This document shows, one piece after another, positions 1-11,571 of a stretch of DNA of 64,000 nt. Location: positions 32,001 through 96,000 of the forward strand of contig CAWCNS010000008.1 in the NCBI GenBank assembly GCA_963796965.1, written 5' to 3'. Origin of the DNA: Calditrichia bacterium (lineage in GTDB: Bacteria > Calditrichota > Calditrichia > JAJRVZ01). A model generated the notes under the pieces. That model did no database searches. It had not been told where the DNA came from and was given only the letters and a program-made list of their open reading frames with translations. The stretch's first letter is position 1. Each line of letters begins with the position of its first letter. The translations under genes and the position numbers were made by a program.

Positions 1-2261
1 ATAGATGAGGGGTAAGGCAATGATATTCGCGACACCAATCAGCTTTGCCGTATCTTTAAAAAGCATAACGACAATATCAGTAACGGTTGCACCCAACACT
101 TTGCGCACACCAATCTCTTTTGTCCTTTTTTCGGCATTGAATGAGGCCAGACCAAAAAGACCTAAACAGGCAATAAAAATAGCCAGAATACTAAAAGCTG
201 AGTCTGAGTTTCCCCGTCTGCTCTTCTGATGCATAGAGACGTTGGAATTCTTTATCGAAAAAGAAATATTCAAAGGCCTGGTTGCCGGCAAGTTTTTGCC
301 ATGAATTTTCAATATCCTGGATTGTCTGCCCAACATTTTCCACTTTAATCCTTACAGAAACATAACGTCCAAATCCGCCTCTTCCAAATGGAAGGATAAT
401 CAAAGGTCGAATCTGATAATGTAATGACTCAAAGTGAAAGTCTTTTATGACACCAATGACGGTTAACCTTATGTTCTGCTCCGGTGTTGGCCCTACGCGT
501 ATAATCTCTTTACCAATCGGATCGGTGAGACCAAAAACTTTAATAGCCGCCTCATTCATCACCACCCCGCTTGAATCTGTGCCAAATTCACGGGAATAAA
601 ATCGACCCTCCTTTATCGGTATTTCATAAGTCGATGTAAAATCATAATCTGTCCGCATCGTCCAGATAATTTGCGTTTCGTTGTTTGTAGGTCCACCCAC
701 CCTAAAGGCGTTACTGCTAAAATTTTGTCCAATATAGGTATTGGAATTTGAAATGGCTGTAATGGCGGGTATGTTTTTTAATTCAGTACGAAAAGCGTCA
801 AGCTGCTGGCCGATATCATCCGCCTTTTGAATTACAAGGACCTGATCTTTATTAAATCCAAGATTTTTTGACTGCAAATAACTGAGCTGGTTTGCCACAA
901 TAATAGTTCCAGCAATTAAAGCAACTGAAATTCCGAATTGGAAGATGACCAATCCGCTACGTAAAAAGCGCCCTGACCTACCCTGCACCTCAATTCTTCC
1001 TTTTAGCACTTCAATGGGGGTGAAGGAAGACAGAAAAAATGCAGGATAAGCACCTGCCAGGATACCAACGATGATAGTGAATAAGACCAGTAACGGCAAT
1101 GTATCAAGCTGAATTAAACTTCCTAATAAAAGTTGTTTTCCAATTAACGTATTATAATATGGAAGAAGAACTTTGGCGAAAATAAGTGCCAGAACAAGTG
1201 CAATAAAAGTAAAGAAAAGACTTTCTGATAAAAATTGGAGGATAAGTTGCAGACGATTAGACCCGAGTGTTTTTCTTACACCCACTTCCCGTGATCGCTT
1301 TGCCGATCTTGCTGTGGCAAGATTCATAAAATTGATGCAGGCAATTATCAGAATACCCAGCGCAATAAAAGCAAAAATATATACATACGTGGCATTGCCA
1401 TTCGGTTCAAGCTCATGTTCCAAATCAGATTGCAGATGAATATCTTTTAGTGGTTGTACAAACCAGCCATAACTACTCCCCGCTTTAAGCATATCCTTAT
1501 ACGATTGGCCCGTGACCTCTTCAATTTGCGGAACCGCATACTTCTCCACAAAATAGGGTAATTTTTCTTCTCACTGCTTCTGTGTACTACCCTCTCTTAC
1601 AAGCACATAGGTATAAAAATTATTGCTGACCCAAAAATTGTTGAGTGTTCGTTCATAGGTTATAAGTGATGCAAGAAAATCGAAATGGAAATGTGAATTA
1701 TGCGGGGTATCTTTCACAACACCTGTGACCATATCAGCTTCTACGATTATCCGCGGTGATCAATTTATTTAGCGGATCTTCATCACCGAAATATTTATGA
1801 GCCATGGATTCTGTAATGACCACGGTATTCGGTTTGCTTAGCGCCGTTTCAGGATCGCCTTTTAGAAAAGGAATTGTAAATATGGAAAAGATCGTTGAAT
1901 CTACCGAAAAAAATCGTTCCTCACTGAATACTTTATCTTTATACGTTAGAACTGGAAATCCGAAATTACGAATACGGACAGCGGTAATCACTTCCGGAAT
2001 TTCATTTATAAATGCTGGCCCCATTGGAGCGGGTGTTACAGCGACTTTAAATTCATTGGGGCCAATGATACCCTGTGTTCCGATGCGGTAGATATTATCC
2101 ACATTTTCATGATAACGGTCATAACTCATTTCATCGCTTACATACAAAAGGATTAACAGGCAGCAGGTAATGCCTATCGTCAGACCACAAATATTTATAA
2201 AAGTATATCCTTTTTGGCGGGTGAGATTTCGGATTGCAATTATAATTTGATTTTTAAGCAT
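1..2261 (-). CDS. ABC transporter permease, MacB/FtsX family (duplicated MacB_PCD+FtsX), frameshifted; 3' end runs off the window
   Basis: ORF 1734..2261 begins MLKNQIIIAIRNL..GYTFINICGLTIG; ORF 191..1549 has ACINFMNLATARSAKRSREVGVRKTLG and LRSGLVIFQF; below 191 the minus strand reads ACLGLFGLASFNAEKRTKEIGVRKVLGA. Pieces join via frameshifts near 1735, 1570 and 200. Confidence 0.92.
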
Positions 2262-2390
2262 GGAAATCCTCTGTTTTTACCGACCTGATTAATCAGTAAC
2301 CTACGAAATATTTACAACATTAGTTACATTAATAAATGTCAGTTAAAAGCAGATGCGCTGTGCACACATATATAAGTGAGTATCTGGAGA

Positions 2391-4516
2391 TCATTTAATG
2401 AGCATCATCTTCCGAGCGTGCATCCATCCATTTGATGTTTGTAATACATAAAAATAGATCCCGCTGGAAAACTCAGAACCATTCCATTCAACCTGATGTA
2501 TACCGGCATGTTGTTGTTGTGCAATCAGGGTTGCCACTTTTTCACCTAGTAAATTATAGACATTCAACTCTACATAAATCGTCATTGGTAATTCGTAATT
2601 GATCGTTGTTATCGGATTGAATGGATTAGGATAGTTTTGTAATAAGGTATATTCTGAAGGAATAAAATGATCATCAGATTTAATACCCACCGCCGTTGAA
2701 TTGATACTGTGAAAGATTCCACTTACATTAGTCCCAGCAAAAACCTCGTCGCTGCTATTTACAACCAGAGATGAAATATTAAGGACAGATAAACCACTAT
2801 TAATTGGTGACCAACTACCACCATTATCGGTAGAAAAATAAACACCCTCATAAAGTGTTGATCCAAAAATATACCCTGAAGAGTTGATAGCAAAACTATT
2901 AATCGGTCCCGTTATTCCCTCATTTGACGAGATCCAGCTCTCGCCATTATCTTCTGATTTATATACCCCATGCATGAATATAGATGCAAAAAGATGTCCC
3001 TTATCATTAATGGTTAAGGCATGAATACCTGTCCCAGGTAATCCATTATTCTTTTCCTGCCATAAGTCGCCATCATTATCGGAACGAAATATGCCCCCTC
3101 CCGAGGTTCCGGCAAAAACATCTCCCGAATCATTAACGGCAAAAAAGCGAACGTAAAGATCCGTTAAGCCATTATTCACCTGAGTCCAGGTTTTGCCATT
3201 ATCGGTGGAGCGGTAAATCCCATCCCAATCAGTTCCAGCAAAAATAGTATTATTTCGACCTATGGTAACAGCGTAAATCCATTCATACATCAGATCATTG
3301 GTATAGGTTGTCCATTCATCACCCTTATTTTTTGAAATATACACACCTTTATAGGTACCGGCAATCACATGTCCACTATCGTTAAAAGCAAGGGCATAAA
3401 CTATTCTATTGCCCAGACCCTTCTCGATTAACTGAAAGGTTTCGCCATTATCATCAGAGCGGAAAAAACCACTACCATTTGTGCTTGCGTATATTTCCCC
3501 CTCAACACCGACTGCTAAAGTTTGTATATACGTGTTTGTTATCCCTGTATTGCGCAGAACCCACTCATCGCCATGATTATCAGACATTTGGACACCAGGA
3601 CCATAAGAAGTAGCAAAGATCTGATCCTGATTATTTATTGCAAAGGCCTTAACTTGTGGGTTTCTTATTCCATTTTCTATCCAAGACCAATGGGTACCAT
3701 TATCTTTAGATCTTTGGACTGAACTACCCCCGTACTTATAATGATGTACCCACTATCATTTACAGCAATAGCAGGGGTAGAAAAGGTTGTCATAATGCCA
3801 TTAATATCCATCCAGTTATCTCCACGATTTGTGGACATAAACACACCGGACCCTGTCCCTACATAAACATTGTTGGTATCATGGACAGCGATGGATCGAA
3901 TATCTGTGTTTGATAAATCTGTGTTAATGGCTGTCCAATGACCCCCATTATCGGTAGAACGAAAAATACCAGAATTGGTCCCGGTATAAAGGATTCCGTT
4001 CTCTGTAATTTTAATTGTCTGAATCTTCTGCGATGTCAATCCTATGTTAATCGGTTCCCAATTATTACCATTATCTTTAGATCTAAATAACCCATTAAGC
4101 ATTGTACCTATTATTACATGTCCGCTATCATTAATCACGATGACTTGGATAAAATAATCTGGCAACCCGTCGTTTACCAATTCCCAGCTTTGACCGCCAT
4201 CGAAGGATCCAAAGATGCCCGAGCTCCTTGTCCCGGCATAGACAATATTGTTAAATCTACTGCCTACTGCTGTTATTGCCTTTTCACTTAAACCATTATT
4301 AACCTGTTCCCAGTTCTGTCCATTATTGATAGATCTATAAACACCATTGCCATCGGAGGCGATATAACATTGACCGCTGTCGTTGAAAGTAATTGAAACA
4401 ATATCCCCCCCACCAGGTCCCTCCAATTGATGCCAAAAATCACCATTTGCATAAAGAGAAATGATATTGATCAGTATCCATGCAATTGATAATTCAATAG
4501 TCTTTAATCGCTTCAT
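2391..4516 (-). CDS. Secreted BNR/Asp-box (YCF48-like) beta-propeller protein with NYPNPFNP C-terminal sorting domain; one frameshift
   Basis: Signal peptide and many GxFRSxDNGxxW repeats in ORFs 3677..4516 and 2391..3587; ends QNYPNPFNPITTINYELP...SSGIYFY...KMMLIK. Frame break near 3700. Confidence 0.85.
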
Positions 4517-4653
4517 ATTAAATCCCCTTCAAATTTATGCATGACTGAGTTCCCCGCACTGCAAAAAAAGTAAAAATCTATCGATAACTTATATGTTAAT
4601 ACCAATTAAAATCACTTATTAAACTCTGAGGGAACTTATTTCTCCTCTTGTTG

Positions 4654-4678
4654 ATCCTGTCCGTTTTTTGGATCCCGG
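4654..4678. repeat. Dispersed intergenic repeat, inverted copy of 36561-36585
   Basis: ATCCTGTCCGTTTTTTGGATCCCGG matches the reverse complement of 36561-36585 at 24/25 nt. Confidence 0.8.
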
Positions 4679-4729
4679 CCCAGTCAGGGTTAATCCCGTC
4701 CAAAGTTTTTCCACGAATATCCTTTAAAA

Positions 4730-5605
4730 CTATTGCAGCAACAACATTTTCTTTGTCTCTACAAATTCTCCGGCTCTAATTTGGTAATAGTATACCCCGC
4801 TTGTCATATCTGAAGCATCCCATTGCACGTGATGAGAACCGGCTTGTTGGACGTCCGAAACCAGAGAAACAACTTTTTGTCCTAATAAATTATATATATT
4901 CAGATCAACGTAATTCGTAATTGGTAATTCGTAATTAATCGTTGTTATCGGATTAAAGGGATTAGGATAGTTTTGAAATAATTCAAATTTTTTGGGATTA
5001 TAAGTATCTTGCTCTCTTATATTTGTGATCGACGATGAAAGTGTTAGTGAATCAATTAATCCGATGGCGCCGATACTTTGCTCATGGGCAAACTGAGAAT
5101 GTACTTTCAGATTAATTGAAACACTTACTGCTGTATCAGATGGTGATCCATAAAAAATAGGGATAGCGAATCGTGTATATTCTACTGCTGCAGCCAAGGT
5201 ATCAATACCAAATCCACAAGTCACTAAAAAACTACCAAAGTAATTAAAAACGATTACATTGACGATACAAATGGCATCACCGACAGGTGCAAAACGATAA
5301 TATCCGCTTAATTCGATTGGCCTGTCCTCAAGCACCCCTACAGAAAACGTATCAGAATTAACAAATGCACCCCCGGCAAGACCATTAAAATCAATCGTTT
5401 CCAACTGTATGGCTGAACTGCCGTGAAAGGCTAAAGCGGACGGGGTTACCGTTATCCTCCCCCTCAGGGTATCATTATTGGTTTCCCAGTTGACAGGTTC
5501 TCCGCCACTCCAGATTTCAAAACTGGGATTGGGTATCGGGTTTGTTTGAGAAAAAAGAATCTTTGAACAGACGACTAAGATCAGAAAAAAAGTATGCGTT
5601 TTCAT
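4730..5605 (-). CDS. Secreted protein, putative carbohydrate-binding beta-sandwich plus NYPNPFNP sorting domain
   Basis: Signal peptide MKTHTFFLILVVCSKILFSQ; IPNPSFEIW start typical of CBM-like jelly rolls; C-terminal QNYPNPFNP...SGVYYY...KKMLLLQ. Confidence 0.75.
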   Translation of the reverse strand: MKTHTFFLILVVCSKILFSQTNPIPNPSFEIWSGGEPVNWETNNDTLRGRITVTPSALAFHGSSAIQLETIDFNGLAGGAFVNSDTFSVGVLEDRPIELSGYYRFAPVGDAICIVNVIVFNYFGSFLVTCGFGIDTLAAAVEYTRFAIPIFYGSPSDTAVSVSINLKVHSQFAHEQSIGAIGLIDSLTLSSSITNIREQDTYNPKKFELFQNYPNPFNPITTINYELPITNYVDLNIYNLLGQKVVSLVSDVQQAGSHHVQWDASDMTSGVYYYQIRAGEFVETKKMLLLQ

Positions 5606-5659
5606 ACATATCCTTCTCTTTTTTATTGCAGTAAAATTTATAGCCAGTATCATATGCTA

Positions 5660-6729
5660 CTATTTTATGAAAATGATTTTTTGGTTCTGAGATATTTTCT
5701 TATCAAAATCTATCTTGCAAATATAGATACCAGTTGGAATTCCGGTCGCATTCCAAACCACTTTGTGGACACCTGCTTTTTGATCCATGGATATAAGCGT
5801 TTCCACTTTTTGACCAAGGATATTATAGATGCCTAAATCTACATAACCGGAATTGGGAATATGATATTCAATGGTGGTAACCGGATTAAAAGGATTAGGA
5901 TAATTTTCGACCAATTTAAATTCAATTGGACTGTTCACAACACCTTCCTGCAAAGCTGTAATCGGATCCGATGAGAGTACAATATAATCACCTTCGACAT
6001 AGCCGGTATCTGGCTCCGTCAGAGCCACATCTGAAACGACAATAAGTACACCCTCCTTGGTAATAAAGAAGAATTCTTTAAACTGGAACCAGGTGTATCG
6101 TCTGATCATTCTCAAACATTCCAATTCTCTTCCAGGTAATTTAAGTGTCCCATAACCGTAGGTTTCCATATCTACAAAATCTGTATAGTGATAGGTAATA
6201 TCGCCTGGCCGGTTGAATTATATGTCGTATCATAAACATTAAAGGGTTGTTCTTGTGGTAAATCTCCATAATTCAACGGAAACGCGGAAAAAAGTTCATA
6301 GGGATCGTAGTGAACATAATTGTTTTCATCACCGATTGTCACATCTCCAAGAAGAAAAGTTGAATCAGAAATAGAATAAAACACAGGATTTCCATCGATG
6401 ATAGCCAATGCCTCACCAAATGTTGAAGCATTAGATGGATAACGTCTGGACAATTCCGGAATCTGGCTAACTTCATAATTATTCATTATAAACTCATTCT
6501 CAGAACCTACGAATGAAAAATCATAAATATTAGGTCCTTCAATATTCCCAACATTGATTGAACCGCTTTCCCCCGGAATAGCATAGAGTGGATTTCCTGG
6601 TGTAAAGACCTTCATAAACTCTGCCTGGGTTACCGTAATTTGCGACAAAAGGACTGACGGCAGAGACACTAAGGTTAAAAAAGAAAGAAACTTCAGAAAG
6701 AATCGATTAATTTGTTGCACTTTTAGCAT
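5660..6729 (-). CDS. Secreted protein with NYPNPFNP sorting domain; frameshift near 6200
   Basis: ORF 6172..6729 has a signal peptide ending VLLSQ; ORF 5660..6169 has GYGTLKLP and ENYPNPFNP...TGIYIC...KIIFIK. Confidence 0.75.
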
Positions 6730-6773
6730 GATAATCCACCTGATAAAAATAAAAGCATTTCTTTTACCTGTAA

Positions 6774-8048
6774 CTAATCTTGCCCTGGTGCGGTTAACCG
6801 GGCAAATTGAACATCATTTAAAAGATTCTGTCCGTCACTACCGCCAATAATGTACAAGTAATCCTGATAGATAGTGCTTGTGTGATTTCCACGATTATTT
6901 TGAAAGAATGAAGAACTTATTTTCCATGGATTGATTATCCCAGTCGGGCTGATTTCTGCATAGATAACATCATTTGAATTCCCCCCTGAGATGAAGAGTT
7001 TTTTATCAAACACAAAACAGGTATGGGCGGTTTTAGGTACGGGTAAAGATGTTGTGATTGTCCATTGACCAATTGATCCATCGGGATTGATTGCAGCGTA
7101 TTGCACATCATTAAATATTGTGGTTTTATTTTCTCCGCCACTAAGATAGATTACGCCTTCATGAACAACGGCGCAATGATCAAAGCGCGCATCATTGAAT
7201 GTGCTTGTAAACTGCCAATTACCTAACGTACCATCCGGATTAATCTCTGAAAACAGGACATCGTTTAATCCGGTATCCTCTGATTCTGTATAGCCACCGA
7301 GTATATATACATAATTGTTATGAACGACAGTGGCATGGGCTAGTCGGCCTTCTGGTAATGCTAGCGTTGAATCCCAGGTACCCAAACTGCCATTAAAATT
7401 AATTTCCGCAAAACGAACGGTTGCATCCCATCCGCCAACCAGATATAAACGATCATTGTGAACAAAACTGGTATGATTACTTCTTCCATGAGGGAAATTA
7501 GTTGTTGATTGCCAATTATATAAAGTACCATTCGCATTAATGCTGGTATATTGGACATCATCAAGGTCGTACTGGGTACTTCCATCCGTGCCACCTATTA
7601 CATATATAAAGCCATTATGGGCCACAGAGTTATGTGCAGCGCGACCGAAAGCCAAAGCGGTAGCAAATTGCCATGCGCTTATGATTGGAATCTGAGGTTC
7701 AACTACTTTTATTACAATACTCTCAGAATCACTTGAACCATTACCGTCATCCACGGTGCAGGTTATAGAAAACTGGCCGGTCAAATCGGGAGCAACCCAG
7801 GACACTGACGGGCCTGATCCGTTAACCGATCCAGCATCGGCTGACCATTTATAGGTAAGAGCATCTCCGTCAGGATCACTCGCCACACAGGTAAGTGTTG
7901 CGGTTTCTTTTACCTCTAGACTATCAGGATTGGCAGTTAAACTGGAAATCTTTGGGGAATTATTATTTGATTCTGATGGTGTTGAACACTGCATAATTAA
8001 CTGTATCATTGAAATCATAGCAATAAAGACAATTAATCTTCCCTTCAT
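6774..8048 (-). CDS. Lipoprotein with Ig/PKD-like domain and Kelch-repeat propeller
   Basis: GGAGG RBS before MKGRLIV; lipobox-like LIMQC; ASDPDGDALTYKW Ig motif; repeated H..V.HN..IY.IGG Kelch motifs. Confidence 0.82.
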   Translation of the reverse strand: MKGRLIVFIAMISMIQLIMQCSTPSESNNNSPKISSLTANPDSLEVKETATLTCVASDPDGDALTYKWSADAGSVNGSGPSVSWVAPDLTGQFSITCTVDDGNGSSDSESIVIKVVEPQIPIISAWQFATALAFGRAAHNSVAHNGFIYVIGGTDGSTQYDLDDVQYTSINANGTLYNWQSTTNFPHGRSNHTSFVHNDRLYLVGGWDATVRFAEINFNGSLGTWDSTLALPEGRLAHATVVHNNYVYILGGYTESEDTGLNDVLFSEINPDGTLGNWQFTSTFNDARFDHCAVVHEGVIYLSGGENKTTIFNDVQYAAINPDGSIGQWTITTSLPVPKTAHTCFVFDKKLFISGGNSNDVIYAEISPTGIINPWKISSSFFQNNRGNHTSTIYQDYLYIIGGSDGQNLLNDVQFARLTAPGQD

Positions 8049-8301
8049 AATATCAAACCTCCATTCTGTCTTTGATAGGTGAATCATATTAAAGCACCTA
8101 TCACTGTGTCGACTATTTGTTTATAATACCAGTGATACAGTCACTATAAATAAGCTATATGGATTTTTCTTATACTTTACTTGCTACTCCCACCTACTGG
8201 AAAACGGCTTTATTTATAATTAGTATCGTATGATGTTGTGACAGGTATTTTTTATACATGATAATCCCGACAATTTTTATTTTCTCTAGTAATAAAGGAT
8301 A

Positions 8302-10506
8302 CTATTTGAGTAAAATAAGTTTTTTAGTCTGGATAAATCCTGCCTCAGTATTTAATCTGTAGTAATATATACCACTTGCAAATCCTCTGGCATCCCATTG
8401 CACGGTATGATGTCCTGCTTTCTGCTTTCCGCTTATCAGTGTTTTTATTTTCTGGCCGAGTAAATTATATATACTGAGATTGACGTAATTCGAAATTGGC
8501 AATTCGTAATTAATTGTCGTAATCGGATTAAAAGGATTGGGATAGTTAGGAAATAAAATGAATCGATTAGTGCTGATAGTCTCATCATCCCCCAAACCGG
8601 AGATTAAGTCATTTCGTACAATATATAATCCATCCTCTCCGTCGGCCACATAAGCAAGATTGCCCTTTGCCGTTACACCCCAGGGTTGGCTTCCCAATAA
8701 CACTGATTCAACTTCTGAAGGATCGGCAGAATTGGAAACATCTACAATTGCCAGTCCATGTGTTCCTATGACATAGGCATATTTATCATATACAGAAACA
8801 TTTGTCGCATTTAGATATTCGTCAATAAAACCGACTTCCGTCGGATTATCCGGATCTGAGACATCAATAATCCGTAATCCACCATTAAATTTTGCCACAT
8901 AAGCATAGTTGCCACTTACGGCCACATCCTGCGCCCAACCAGGCGTTACACAAAAGCCTTTTTCTGTAGGATGAATGGGATCGGAAATATCAGCGATGTG
9001 TAAACTGCCCCCATAATCGACAATATAAGCATAAGTACCGCTCACTGAGACCCCAACGATATTACCAGCGCCATTCATAAAGGAACTTACCTGAGAAGGG
9101 CTAGCAGGGTTAGAAACATCAATGATCCGCAAACCGCCACCCCTGGCTGCCACATAGGCATACTGACCGCTCACCACGACATCTTCGGCAATGATATGAC
9201 CATCGTAAAATCCAGTTTCTGACGGGCTTGCCGGATTGGAAACATCAATGATCCTTAAGCCTTCTTCATTATCAGCCACATAAGCATAATTGCCACTGAC
9301 GGCAACCTCCCGTGCATCATCAGGCGTATCAAATGAACCGACCCCTTCTGGATTGGCAGGATCAGAAATATCAATAATGTGCAATCCATCGAAACCATCC
9401 GCTATATAAGCGTAGGGTTCGTTTACAGCTACTCCTTGCGCTTTATCCGCCGTATCAATAAATCCAAGTTCGCTGCATATTACAGGATTAGCGGCATCAA
9501 TTATGCGAAATCCCTCAAACCAATCTGCCAGATAGATTGTACTGCCAACAACGGCAACATCTCTGGTACTGCCGCCGGTATCGAAACGACCAACTTCGCT
9601 TGGACTCTGCGGATTAGATATATCAATTATCAATAAACCCTGTTCCCCATTGGCCACATAGGCATTATTACCACTAACCTCCACATTCCAGGCATCTCCG
9701 CCCACAAAAAAGTATCCAATTGATATGGCGCTTGCCGGATTTGATATATCAAGAATGTTTAATTCTAAATTCCCGCCCGTCATATAAGCATAGCCGCCGC
9801 TTAGTGCCACGCTGTATGCAAAACCACCGGCATTCCTAATTTGAATTGGATTGGCCGGATCTGATACATTAAAAACCAGGAAACCACCCTGACCGTCCGC
9901 CACATAAGCATAATTGCCGCTGACGGCCACATCCATAGACAGATATTCCGTATCAAAATGCCCTCTCTCTACCGGTGCGGTCGGATCAGATATATCAATA
10001 ATCCGCAATCCGTAATAACCTGCGGCAACATAAGCATAGTTACCACTGACCGCTACGCCCTGAGAGGTAGCGCCGGTTGCTATAAATCCTTTTTTTAAGG
10101 GATTGCTGGGATCCGAAATGTCAAAAATCGTTAATCCACCATTATACTCTACCACGTAGGCATAGCTGCTGTCCACCACCACGTCCCGCACCACAGAGGA
10201 TAGCAACACTTTGTTTAGAATGACCGGATTCGAAGGATCGAGAATACTGACAATTTCCAGATAGCCTCCGTTTCCAAAATAGGCGATAGTGTCTCTGACT
10301 GTTGCAGTGTAGCAGGGACCGTCCGCCCAGCGCCCTATCACAGCAGCATTTCCGGTGGAATCATCCTGGGTTATATGGTTATCATTTCTCTGCTCAAGGG
10401 CAGTAGCCTTTTCCGTGAATTGTGCCAGACAAATAGTCAAAGAAGACATCAAAATAACAAAAGGTGCAAAACCGATGATGATTAGCTTTGGAAAACGTAT
10501 TGACAT
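8302..10506 (-). CDS. LVIVD-repeat secreted protein with NYPNPFNP sorting domain
   Basis: About a dozen VAVSGNYAYVA..GLRIIDISDP repeats; signal peptide; C-terminal PNYPNPFNP...ASGIYYY...KKLILLK. Confidence 0.9.
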   Translation of the reverse strand: MSIRFPKLIIIGFAPFVILMSSLTICLAQFTEKATALEQRNDNHITQDDSTGNAAVIGRWADGPCYTATVRDTIAYFGNGGYLEIVSILDPSNPVILNKVLLSSVVRDVVVDSSYAYVVEYNGGLTIFDISDPSNPLKKGFIATGATSQGVAVSGNYAYVAAGYYGLRIIDISDPTAPVERGHFDTEYLSMDVAVSGNYAYVADGQGGFLVFNVSDPANPIQIRNAGGFAYSVALSGGYAYMTGGNLELNILDISNPASAISIGYFFVGGDAWNVEVSGNNAYVANGEQGLLIIDISNPQSPSEVGRFDTGGSTRDVAVVGSTIYLADWFEGFRIIDAANPVICSELGFIDTADKAQGVAVNEPYAYIADGFDGLHIIDISDPANPEGVGSFDTPDDAREVAVSGNYAYVADNEEGLRIIDVSNPASPSETGFYDGHIIAEDVVVSGQYAYVAARGGGLRIIDVSNPASPSQVSSFMNGAGNIVGVSVSGTYAYIVDYGGSLHIADISDPIHPTEKGFCVTPGWAQDVAVSGNYAYVAKFNGGLRIIDVSDPDNPTEVGFIDEYLNATNVSVYDKYAYVIGTHGLAIVDVSNSADPSEVESVLLGSQPWGVTAKGNLAYVADGEDGLYIVRNDLISGLGDDETISTNRFILFPNYPNPFNPITTINYELPISNYVNLSIYNLLGQKIKTLISGKQKAGHHTVQWDARGFASGIYYYRLNTEAGFIQTKKLILLK

Positions 10507-11012
10507 GATACCCCCTTCTGTTGTTATAAGACAATACCAATCAACCAATAAAATATGGGATATCTGGAGACAGGCCAAAATCAAATTTTTTGTCTTCAAA
10601 TGCGCCGGAAGTCAATGCAGAGGTGTGACAATAAAGAAAGGCGGTTAAACAAATCAATTTCTTAGAAAAGTTCACTCTTCCCCCTTATAAGAAATATTTA
10701 CTGTCTGTCCCAGAAAGGCAGATACGTATAATTCAATATGTTGAGATAAACCACTAAATAGGCTGTTTATATCGATAACTTAGTAAAAGGTTATCCTTCT
10801 GTATGTGATATATTTCTTAAACTTGTATGTGATGTTCAGTTGATCTTGAAGGGCAAAGCGAAATTTTAAAATACTTTGAACCGGTTAATTAATATATACA
10901 AATATTTGTATAATTATACAAATATACTAACATCAAATCTGTGACGAATGTTGAAATACAATATTTGTGATTTACATAATCAGGTTTTGAGCATTTATAT
11001 AATTGTTTATGA

Positions 11013-11445
11013 TTACTTGAAAAATGATATGCGTACCTTCCATAGATAATAGGCTGCCCAGAATGAAAAGAGGGCGAAAGGCAGGAATAATATTGTACCT
11101 GGAGAAAGTGATCCTGCAGAGAGATCTCTTATGATAATCACGGTAAATGAATACCAATAGAGGACGTTGGCAAAATAAGCGCCTAGCCATCCAATTAATT
11201 TATGTTTCCATAAGGCAATTGAACCTAATAATAAAAATGGCACGGACCAGATAATATCTGCGATGCCAAATCCGTATGTGGTGGCGAGATTCATTTTTTC
11301 TATACTACTACTTTGTGCAGAAATGGAAGGAAGCCGGACAAAGGCAAGAATCCAAAACAGAAAATGCAGAAGAGCGGCGATTCCATTTATAATTGCTATT
11401 AATTTTATTCCAAAAGCATGATTGGATTCCCTGTCTATTATTCAT
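11013..11445 (-). CDS. Small multi-pass membrane protein, frameshift near start
   Basis: ORF 11013..11294 extends upstream in frame through FGIKLIAIINGIAALLHFLFWILAF; GGAGG RBS and ATG at 11445 are out of frame. Confidence 0.6.
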
Positions 11446-11571
11446 TTTTCCTCCCTTTTTAACATAAAGGTTGTTTAAAAGACAACTACAGAGGACATAA
11501 TAAAATAAATATTCATAAAAATAATTCGTGAAATTCGTATAAATTCGGCCTGGCTCGTTCTACGAGTGTAA

